Origin: Mobula hypostoma
Taxonomy: Eukaryota
DNA length: 64,000 nucleotides
Assembly: GCF_963921235.1 (NCBI RefSeq)
Contig: NC_086108.1
Span: 48,672,001-48,736,000 of the forward strand
Direction of reading: 5' to 3'
Position 1 is the first letter of the stretch. Each line of letters opens with the position of its first letter. Shown one piece after another: positions 13,901-25,900 of the stretch. Under the pieces are notes generated by a model. It was not told the origin of the DNA, did not search any database, and was given only the letters and a program-made list of their open reading frames with translations. The position numbers and the translations under genes are program-made.

Positions 13901-16900
13901 CAGAATTGCCTTTCCCCTAGTGGGCTCAACCACAAGCTTCTCTTTTGGTTCCAGCACCAGCCTGATTTTGCCAGTCTACCTGCGTATTGAAAGCCCCCCT
14001 GACTATCATAACATTGCCCCTTTTTAAATGCCTTTTCTATCTCCCATTGTAATCTGTGTTCCACATCCTGACTACTGATTGGAGGCCTGTATATAACTCC
14101 TATCAGGTTTTCTACCCTTGCAATTTCTTAACTGCACCCACAAGGATTCTACATCTTCCAATCTAATGTCACCTCTTTCTAACGATTTGATTTTATTTTT
14201 TTACCAGCCTCTCTGCCCAACTACCTGTCCTTTCAATACATTGTGTATCCTGGGTTGTTAAGCCCCAAACTATGATCTTCTTTCAGCCATGACTCAGTGA
14301 TGCCCACAACATCATACCTGTCAATATCTAACTGCGCTACAAGATCATCTACCTCATTTCATATACTACTGGCATTCAATTATAACACCTTCAGTCCTAC
14401 ATTCATCACCCTTTTCAATTTTGCTCCCACATTACACTGCACCTCATTCCATCACTGCAGTTTTGCCCGAACATCAGCCAGTCCTTCCTCACAGTTTCAC
14501 TACACACTGCATCTACTTGTATACCAACTGCCCCATCCTCAGCCCCATCACTCCTGTTCCCATTCCTCTGCCAAATTAATTTAAACCCTCCCCAACAGCT
14601 CTAGTAAACCTGCCTGCAAAGCTATTCGTTCCTCTCAGGTTCAGGTGTAATCTAGCCTTTTTAAACAGATCATTTCTTCCCCAGAAGAAATCCCAATAAT
14701 CTAAAAAAAACCTGAAACCCTGCCCCCTGCACCAATTCTTCAGCCACACATTCATCTGCCAAATCAACCTATTCTTATTTTTATTTATTTTTATTTTATT
14801 GAGGTGCAGTTCAGAGTAGGCCTTCTGAACCTTTGAGCTACTCGATTCAGCAATCCCCCAATTTAATCCTGGCCTACTCACGGGACAATTTACAATGACC
14901 AATTAACCAATCAACCGGAACCTCTTTGCACTGTGGGAGGAAGGCGGAGCACCAGAAGGAAACCCATGCAGTTATGGGGAGAACATACAAACTCCTTACA
15001 GGCCCTGGCGCGAATTGAACTTGGGTCACCTGTACTGTACAGCACTGTGCTAGCCACTGCACTACCATGCCACCCCACTGCCGTGTGGCACAGGCAGCAA
15101 TCCGGAGATTACTACCCTGAAGATCCTGCTTTTCACCTTTCTACCCAACTCCCTATATTCTTTCTTCATGACCTCCTCCCATTTCCTACCTATATCGTTG
15201 GTACCAATATGTACCATGACTTCGGGCTGCTCACACACCCCCTTCAGCATGCTGAGACATCCCTGACGTTGGCACCTGGGATGCAATATCTTATCTGGTG
15301 TCTCTTTCATGTCTACAGAATCTCTTGTCCATTCTTCTAACTACGGAATCATCACTACTGTACCCCTATTTTCCCCCTTCCCTTCCCTTCCGAGCCACAG
15401 AACCAGATTCAGTGCCAGAGACCTTGTCCCTGTGAATTCCCCAACAGTGGATATATGTAGTATTAAGGGAAAAACCCACAGGGCTACTTTGCCTATTCCC
15501 TTTCCCTCTCCTGACAGCAACCCAGGTACCTGCCTCCTGCAACGTAGGTATGACTTTTATCATAGTTGAAAGAAACTTGTATGAGGAAGGACAACTTTGG
15601 TAGACAGATTAGAAGTGGAACCCCTTGATCCGGAAATCTTAATGGAGAGGACAAACAAATCTCTGACCTGGTCCGCTGGTAATATTAGGGACATAAAACA
15701 CATGGATCTCACTTAATGAAGAAATCCATTTGTGGTAGAGGCATAGGAAATCCAGCCACAAAGGTAGGCACTCCTGAGGCACCGCAATGCATCCGTGGAG
15801 AATAAGATCCGCTGAAATATCAAATGAATATTTTGAATAGCCAGAAGACAGTATGTCACAACAATCTTCTAGGAACATTAGCAAAAGACAATCTTAGCTA
15901 AACATGGGATTACAGATCCCCTTAGTGGTTTGTCCTTTAAGGTAATGGGTGAATAATTAGGGACAGAAGGAAATATTAAGATAGGTTGTACAAGCTTGGA
16001 ATTTTCTTTTTGGAGCAAAGGAGGATGAGAGGTAACTTGACAGAGCCATAGATAGAGTGGAAAGCCAGAGGCTTTTTCTCCCCCCCCATCCCAAGACAGA
16101 AACGGCTAATACGAGAAGGCATAATGTTAAGGTGATTGGAGGAAAGTACAGGGGGATGTCAGAGTTAAGTTCTTTACACAGAGTAGAGGGTGTGTGAAAT
16201 GGCCTGCCAAGGATGGAGGAAGAAGCAAATACATTAGGGGCAATTAAGAAACTCTTAGGTAGGAACATGGATGACAAGAAAAATGGAGGTTTATTTAGGA
16301 GGGAAGGGTTAGATTGATCTTAGAGTAGGTTAAAAGATCAGCCCAACATTATGGGCGGAAGCTCCTGTACTGTTCTATGTTCTAACCATCGGAAGAAGAC
16401 AGGACAAAATCATTTCTAAGATTTTTGTCCACAAGCAACGTAAAACAATGTTTCCATTGTAAAGTAATTTATTGATAGCCGAGTAGGAGTATGCCCCAAG
16501 CAAATAAAGATGACTTGTTAGTGAATCATCATTTTTTTCTGATTTATCATGATTTATTTTTACAGAAAATGGAAGTGCTAAAGTAAGTGAAGGATCGACC
16601 ATCATCAATCCCAACAGACTTGAACTTGGAAAACAAGATTCTAAAATCTCGGATCAAGAAATGACAACAACTAGTTCTTCTACAGATACATCTAGAGAAT
16701 CTGAAACCTTGGATAATGGAATGACAACTCCATCTGTTTCAAAAGATGGAACCTTCAATTCTAAAATTTTGGCGAAAGTCATGACAACATCTGTTACTCC
16801 TGAAGATGGGACCATGGATTCTAAAACCTTTGAAAATAGAATGACAACGCATTATGTTCCTGAAGATAGGTCTACAACCCCCAAAACCCTGAATGAAGGA

Positions 16901-19900
16901 AAAAAAACAACCACTGCCGTTACCACAAATTCAAAAATTCTGTATAAAGAAATGACAACAGTTATTCCTAAAGATGCTAGCTCAGATTCTATGCCTTTGC
17001 ATAAAGCAATGACCACACCCTCTATGGAAGTTACCACCACAGAATCTACAATCTCAGATGCACACGCAACAATTCATTCTGCCTCAGAACAGACTTCCTC
17101 AGTTCCTGATAAACTGGATAGAGGAACAATAACATTTCCCATTCCTGAAGACAATTCTAACACCCTAGATGAAGAATTAGTGACTGTTCCTGAAAGCGAT
17201 GCCCTCAATTCAAAAATTCCAAACAATGGGATAAAAGCGCCCTTGGTTAGTGAAAATATTTCCAAGAGTTCTGAAGCTCAAGATAATAAAACGATAACAC
17301 CTACTCTTTCTGCAGATTATTCTACAAATTCTAAAATCCTGCATAAAGGAATGACAACATCCCCTATCCCAGAAGATGTGCCCACAGATTCGAAAATTTT
17401 AGAGAAGGGATTGACAACGAACACTGACCCTGAAGAGGTCACTGGTCCTGGAGTTCTGGAGAATGTAAAAACAACTTCTGTTCTTCCTGAAGCTGCTTCT
17501 ACAAATGCTGGAATCTCAGGCAAGGTAATGACATCGCTCTCTGTTCCGGTAGGTGCCACTATAGCATCTAAAATGTTACACAAAATAATAACATCTTCCC
17601 CATTTCCTCAGGCTAGTACCAGTGATTCTAAAATCTTGGATGATATAGTGATGACACCCTCAGTTCCTGAAGATAGGACCGTAGATGTGAAAGGTTTAGA
17701 TGAAGGTCTGTCAACACACTTTGCTAATAAAGGTAGTTTCACAGATTCTAAAATATTGGATAGAAGGCTGACCACACCTTCTGTTCTTGAAGGTGGGAAT
17801 AAGTATTCTAAAACCTTGGCTAGCAAAGTGACAACCTATAGTGCTTCTGAAGGTGAGTTCAGGAATTATAACTTTCTGGACACTGCAATGCCAAAGAACA
17901 CTTCCCCAGTAGAGACTTCCATGGGTTCTAATATATTGGATAATAGAATGTCAACCTCCCATGTTCCTGTGGATGCCTCTACAAATGCAAGAATGTTGTA
18001 TGATGGAGTGACTTCATTCCCTACTAAGATAGGTGAGGCCACTTATTCTGAAATCCCACATCAAATATTTACAACTTCCCCTTTCCCCAAAGATGGAGTC
18101 ACATATTCCAAAATCTTGGATCACAAATTGTCAACACAATTTTATGAAGACACCTCATTCAATTTAAAACAATTGGATACTGAAATGACAACTAGTTCTG
18201 AAAATGGGATCATGGGGTCTGAAGTATCTTATAAAGGGATGCCAACTTCTCCTATCCCAGGAAAGGTGACAACAGATTCTAGAATGCTGCATAAAGTAAT
18301 GCCATGGTCCAAGGTTCCTGATTATGAGAGATCAAATTCTATAACAGTTCCTCAAGATGGGATTGTTGACTTTAAAAACATGGATACAGGAATGACATTG
18401 CACACTGTCCCAGAAATATCTTCTTCAGATCCTAGTAAACCAAGCAAGGGAATGATAACAAGCTCCATTCCCAAAGTTGTGACCAGTGAATCTATAACCC
18501 TAGATAAGGGAATAACACCCACTGTTCCTGCGAGAGATTCCATGGATTCAAAAATCCTGAACAATGAAATAACAATGCTTTCAATTACTGAAGATGCTTC
18601 CATGAGTTATAAAACCTTGGATAACAAAATGAAGACTCCCTCCATTCCCACTGATGCTTCAACGATGTCTAAAATTCTAGGTAAAGAAGGGACAACAGCT
18701 TTTATCCCACAGGATAATTCCACAAAATATAAAATCTTAGAAAAAGGCATGAAAACAGACACTGTTCCTGAAGAGATGTCCATAGATCCTAATATACCCA
18801 AGAGTGGAATTACAACTCTCTCTGTCCCTTTATCCAACACTGGATTCTTGGAAAATGGAACAACAATGCTCCCAACTCCAACAGATGAGACCATAAATTC
18901 AAAGCCACCGTTAAAAGTAATGACACCATCCCCTTTTCCTGAAGATGGTTCCACAAAATCTAATATCTCATTTGAAGGGATGACAACACCACCTATTCCT
19001 AAAGATGGGGTCATGGAAAAAGGAATAACAACTCCCCTTTTTCCTGTAGATGGGATAACAGATTCTAAAGTTTTGGTTAAAAAATTGGAAATACTCAATA
19101 TTTCGGCAGATACATCCACAGTTTCAAAAATATTGGATGTGCCCTCTCTTCCTGAAGAAGGCACCAAGGATTCTACAATTTTAGATAACGTATTGACAAC
19201 ATCAGCTTTTCTTGAAGGTGGGACCAGGGATTCTATGAACTCAAATAAAAGCACATCAACATATAGCGTTCCTGAAGACAGCTTCACATATCCTAAAACC
19301 ACGAATAAGGGAATAAAAGCCTCTCGTCCTGGAATGGCTTCCACAGATTCAAAAGTCTTGAACAAAGGGATAACAACCTCACATGCTCCAGAAGATGATA
19401 TCCCAGAATCTATATCTTTGGATAAAGTGATAACAACTGTCTCTACTGCAGAAGTTGATTCCCGAGAAACAAGACCATCAAATACACAAATAACATATAC
19501 TGCACTAAAAGAGACTACAGCAGCTCCTAGTATATTGGATAAAGAAATGACAATGTTTCCTGCTCCTGAAGACATGGCCAATGATAATAAAATCTTGGAA
19601 AAAACAACAACCATTATTTCTCAAAATAATTCCATGGATTTAAAAATCCTGAAAAATAGAACAAATATACAGTCAGTTACTGACAGTCTTTCCATTAGTT
19701 TGAACAAAATTACAACTCCCTCTCTTCCAGCAGATTATTCCAAAGATTCTAAAATTGTCAATAACAGAATGACAACTCCTTTTGTTCTTCCGGTGACAAC
19801 CATGGATTCAAAAATGTTGATGAAAATACTTGCAATATCTGCTGTTACTGATGATAGAATGGCAGACTCTAAAACCACCAACATCATGGTCAGCACATCA

Positions 19901-22900
19901 GCTATTCCTGAAAATGGAACCAATGATTCTAAAACAGTATTGACAACATTATCTGTTCCTGAGAATGGGACAATGGTTACTAAAGTATTCAGTGAAGGAT
20001 TAACAACACCCTTTGCTAATGAAGGTAGTTCCACAGATTCTAAACTCTTGGAAACAGGATTGACTAAAACTTCCGTTCTTCAAGATGGGAAGATGCATTC
20101 TAAAATCTTGGATAACATAATTAAAAAATCCAATATTTTTGAAAGTGGGTTCACAGATCCTAAAATCTTGGCTGAAGGAATGAAAACGACCATAGTTCCT
20201 GAAAATTATTCCATGGATTCAGAAATCACAAGCAATGGGGCGAAAATGTCCTTGATTACTAGAAGTATTTCCACAAGTTCCAACATAACATCAACAGGCA
20301 CTACTCTTGAAGATGGCACCACTGATTCTATGTTTTCGGATAAAGGATTGCCAACAGTTTCAAACACTGATGTTGTTCCTACAGAACCTAAAACTTCAAA
20401 CACAGGAATAGCAACATATATTGACCCAGATGAAGCATCCTCAGTTCCAAGTATATTTAACAAAGACATGACAACATCCACTGTTCCTGAAGAAAGGATC
20501 AATAATTCTAAAATCCTGGAGAACAAGACAGCAGCCAATATTCCTGAAAATGAATCTATTTATTCAAATACCCAAAACCATAGGCTGACAACGCCCCCAG
20601 TTGCTGAGGACATCTACACAAGTTCTAAAATTTTGTATGATAAAATGGTAAATTCCTCTATTCCAGTTGATGTGACTACAGAATCTAATATTTTGGATGA
20701 AGTAATGACAACAACCTTTATCCCTCAAGTTACTTCCAGGGAAGCAAATCTCTTGGAGGCAGAAATGACAACACAGACTATCCTTAAACAGGCTTCTAGC
20801 ACATTAGTTATTGGAAGAATAACTCCTTCTGTTCCTGTACTTGCTTCTACAAATTCAAAAACCTTGGATAACAGAACCATCACATCCTCAGTTCCAGAAA
20901 GTAAAAAGACAAATTTGAAAGCATTTCATCAAATAGTGACACAGTCCTTGTTTCCCAAAAACACAAATATGCAAAATAGTACAACATTACCTACTAATAT
21001 GACAGATGCTTCCACAAAAGCAGAAACCTTGGCTAATGCGAAGACTGCTCTGCCAGTTGCTGATGGTGAGACCATGCTTTCTAAAACGTTAGATAAAGGA
21101 CTAACAACCACAGCATCACTTATTTCTCAAGGTAAGATAACACATTCTAAAATATTGAATAAAATAACATCAACTGACACAATTCCTGAAATGGACACCA
21201 CGGATTATTCATCCTTGGATAAAAGAATGACTGCAGCCTTTACCACAGAGGTTGCCTCGATAGAACCCACACTCTCAGACAGGCAAGTTACAACACCCAC
21301 TGTCCCAGAGGAAGCTTCCCCAGTTCCTACTACATTGGATAAACGAATGACAGCATTCCCTGTTCCTGAACATCAGAACAATCTTTCCAAATTACCAGAT
21401 AAAGTGGTAACAACAGTTGCTCCTGCAGACAGTTCTGTAGATACAAAGCTCCGGAAGAACTGGCATACAGTGCCCTCTATTACTGAGGGCATTTCCACAG
21501 GTTTTAAAATCTTGGACAAAGAGATGACAGATTCCTCTCTCCCTGTAGATGTGACCACAGATTCTACAACCTTGGGTAAAACAATGACAATGGCCTTTTT
21601 CAGAGAAGATGCTAAAATGGAATCTAAAATCTCTGTGACAAGATTGACAACACACAACATCTTTGATAAGGCTTCAGAAAGTTCTATTACACTGATTAGT
21701 GGAATGACAGATCCTTCTATTTTGACAAAATCTTCTACAGATTCTCAAATCTTGGATAATAGAAACATCACATCCTCTGTTCCAGAAGGTGAAGCCACAG
21801 GTGCTAAAACCTCTCATCCAATAATGACATCATATCCCAAAGATGCAAATACAGCATCCACATTCTCGACTAAGAAAATAACAGCTCCCACTGATCCTGA
21901 AGATGAGTTCCTGAAATCTAAAATCTTGGATAAAGAAATAACAACTTCTCTTCCCAATAATGGGACCATGAATAAAGGAGTAACCAAAATTTCTTTTACT
22001 GACGATATCACAGGTTATAATACCTTGAGTAAAATATTGTCAACCGCTATTAATGCTAGAAATGCTTCTAATGATTCCAAAATCTTGGATAGTGTATTGA
22101 CAACTCCTTCTGTTTTGGATAATGGGACCATGGATTCTAGAATCTTGGACAGAAAATTAATAACCACTGTTCCTGAAAATGATTCAGAAGTAATGGCTAA
22201 AACAATAGCAGTGTCACCTGTTCTTCAAGACACAATAACGTCTTCTAAAATCCCATATAAAATAATATCAGAAGTAACTGTTCCTGAAAATGGTACCATG
22301 GATTCTGTATTCGTGGGTAATGAAATAACTAAAGCTTTTATGACTGAAGGTGCTTTCATTCAACTTAAAATGTTGGACAGAGAAAATGCAACACAGATCC
22401 TCCCGGAAGAAATCTCGTTAAAACTTAGTAAATTAAAAAAAGGAATTGACAATCTGTCCAGCCCTGAAGATAGCACTAGTAGTTCTAAAATTAAATATAA
22501 ATTAGCAACAACGGAAGATGATTCCATTGATTCAGAAATCCAGAACAAAGGCATGACAGTGCCTTCGGTTAGTGAAGGTGTTTCTATGAGTTCTCAAATC
22601 TCAGGTAGCAAAATGTCAATTTCCTCTGTTCCTGCAGATGGGAACACTGATTTTAAAATCTTGGATACAACAGTGGCCACAGTCTTCATCACAGAGGATA
22701 TTTCTACAGAACCAAAAATCTTGGTTCATGCAATGACAGATTCTTCTGTTGCGGAAGATGGAACCATGGATTCTAAAATCTTGGATAAAGGAATAACAAC
22801 AACTGTTCCCACCAATAATTCCACTGATCGGAAAACCTTGGATGAAGGAGTTACCACACTACCTGTATCTCTAGGTAGCATAACAGATTCTAAAATCCAA

Positions 22901-25900
22901 AATGAAATAACATCAACAAACTCTGATGTCTTGGCTAATAAACTGGCAACTTCCACTGTTGATGGGGATGTTTCCACAGATTCTGAGGTCTTGGATAATG
23001 AAAAGACAGTTCCATCTGTTCCTGATGATGCAACCATGGATTCTAAAACCACAGATGAAAGAATAACAACCATAGTTCTTCAAGAAAATTCCACTCATAC
23101 AAAAATCCTGAACAACCAACCAACAGTTCCCTCGGTTCATAAAGATGCTTCTGCAGATTCTATGGTCTTGGATAAAGGAAAAGCACCAACCATTGCTCCT
23201 GTGCATGAATCCACAGATCCTAAAATCATGCATGCTGGATTAACAGACTTTGCAGTTCCTGACAAGCTGAGAATAGATTCAATGTCTGGTATGCCCCAAG
23301 ATGGGACTATAGATTCTCAAATCATGGATAAAAGAAAAGTAGCATCCTTAACTAAAATATATAGTTCCATGAGTTATGAAATCCTGGCTAAAGAAATGAC
23401 AACAACTGCTGGAACTTCCACAGATTCCAGACCTTTGAATAAAGGAACATCAATGCATCCTGAATTAGAATATAGGAACACAGAATCTAAAATCTTGGGC
23501 AAAGGAATGACAGCATCTTCCATTAACAAACGTAGTTCCACAGATCCTAAAGCCTCAAATAAAGGAGCTACAGCACCCTCTATTCCTATTGCTTTTTCAA
23601 AGACTAAATTCTTAGACAAAGGAAGTGCAGAGCATTCCGTCACTGGGTATAGAACCATGGAGTCTAAAGTGGTAAACAAAGGAGGAGGCATAATTCCAGA
23701 AGATGACCCTAAAATCTCCAAGCTCTTGCATAATGAAAGAGTAACAAGCCCCACTTCAGAAAAAAGTATTCTTCATCTTAACAGCTTCCATACTGCAGAA
23801 CAAATACAGCCTACAATTCCTCAGGAAACTAGTTCCATCGGTTCAAACTTAAACAAAGGGAGAGTATCACAATCCATTGTACCTTCACATCCTGTAACAT
23901 CAGATCCAGTATTGAAAACCGTGGAGATGGCATGGGTCAATGTCTTACAGAATCCTGTAACAATGGAACCTGTTAACTTAAATATAGAAATAAAGATCAG
24001 TAAAGAAGAATTAGTTGCTACAAATTCAAAGTTAAAAAGAGAAAATATAAAGCCCAAAGTTCCTGTTGAACACAAGGTAACAGATTTTAACATAAATTAA
24101 AACAAAACCATGCAGATTATCAATTCCCAGAATTCACAGTAAATAGTTTTTCTATTTTAAATATCAAAAAATTCGATAATGCAGAACCATTGCTTCAGCA
24201 ATTATATGCTTGCTAATAGAAATAGTTATTTAAAAAGAAACTTAATTGTCCACCTTGAAGGTTGAATTCAGCTCTATCTCCAACTGCAATTCCACAAGAA
24301 AATAATTTTAAAATTGAAGTCTCCTGCTTCCAGCACAAATCTGCAAAGGAAAGAGTTTTGTGCTGGTTATTTCTCAAGTACTCAAGAGAGAAGCTGTTAC
24401 TCGAATCAGAAATAATTTGGTCAGTGCTTTAGGCTCTCAGTAGAAGCCAACACTCCCTTCCCCTCCATCTCCAGGGAGAACCCCTTAACAATTAATGACA
24501 CTGCAAGTTCTGGATGCAGAAAAACAGCAGTGAGAGGACTGTGTCAGCTTGGTGCTTTTGACAGGAGAAATTTACAGTATTTCTTCCACCCCAGTTATTT
24601 CTGACAAAGATTTTTTTTGGTGGAAGCACAATGCCTTTCTTTGAAAGTGTGCACTACATTCATCAGCAGCTCTTTTAGAAGTAGGTTCATCTGATTTGCA
24701 TAATACAGATTTTAAAAGGTTCAAGTAGGTTTGAGATATTACAGTGTCATAATTATGCCTAATTGAAAAGCATCATAATGGTCTAATCAATTGTCAGTGG
24801 CATAATTGTAGCATTGTCCTGCAAAAGATTTCAGCCCAGGTAAAGGTCATCCATTTCAGAAAATAAAAGTCAAATAAGCTATTCATTGGAGAAAAAAAAA
24901 CACTTAACTGTTATTTTTCATAGGTCCCTAATCCTACTAGGGGTGATAACATGGTAACTGAACCAACTCATGAAGGGACAAATCGGATAATTGGAAAACC
25001 CCAATCATATGAAGGTAGGACATTCAATTTATTTGCTGTTGATTATAATTCATGTTGAGGGTATCCATGTAGGAACTCAGAACAGAAGAAAACATTAAGC
25101 AAAGGGCTCCAAATATGCATAAGTAAATGAGCAGTAAAAAAGTGTTTGAAGGAAAGAGGTGCAGTGGCAGTTAATGATTGTTGCACATTCAGAAAGGAAG
25201 CTCCTGTAACCTATTGTCTACAGATATGTAACCCCTATATCTTGGTTTCAAATTGATCCATGACAAGTTATGAAACTGAATTCAGTAATGAAAATCAGAT
25301 TTATTATCATTTCCATAAGGCATGAAATTTGTTGTTTTGTGATAGCAGTACAGTGCAAGGATGTAAAGATGTATAACTTACAAATAAAATAAATACTACA
25401 AAAAATAATGTAGGATAACACCAGAGAAGAAGCAAATATGTTGGAATACTTCTGTAGGGACATAGTCACTTCAGTAATGTGGTATAACAGAACATGGAGG
25501 CCCTGGTGAAGAAGAAGAAAGTGGCACATATCAGGTACAAGCAGTTAGGGTCAAGTGAGTGACTCGATGAGTATAAGATGTGCAAGGGAACACTTCAGAG
25601 AGAAATCAGGTGTGCTAAAAGAAGGCATGAGGTTTCTCTGCAGACAAGGTAAGCAAGAATATTAAAAGATTCTAGCACTATATTAAGAGCAAAAGGATAG
25701 CAAGGGACAAAAATGATCCTCGAAGATCATCATTGTCGTCATCTATGCATGGAGCCAAAGAAGATGAGGGAAGATCTGTATTTACTCTGTGGACAGCCAC
25801 AGAGACTGTAGAATTGAGGCAAATGTGTAGTAAGGTCATGAACCAGATCTGGATTACAGGAGAGGTGGTGCTGGCTTTCTTGCGGCAAATTAGGGTGAAT

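Noticed and set aside
5954..13957. RT-like ORFs as functional genes
   Set aside because: They are short fragments broken by stops and frameshifts, i.e. dead CR1 copies.
16600..23750. 60-bp periodicity as a CRISPR-like or non-coding array
   Set aside because: There is no invariant repeat/unique spacer structure, variation preserves the reading frame, the context is eukaryotic and there are no cas genes.
16852..24093. Many antisense ORFs, including 18607-19614 (335 aa)
   Set aside because: These are shadow frames of the repetitive, codon-biased sense ORF.
16661..24100. 2479-aa ORF as a stand-alone single-exon gene (adhesin, viral or novel protein)
   Set aside because: It has no signal peptide, the frame is open upstream to a splice acceptor at 16565, and splice phases join it to the SMB and hemopexin exons; it is the PRG4 mucin exon.
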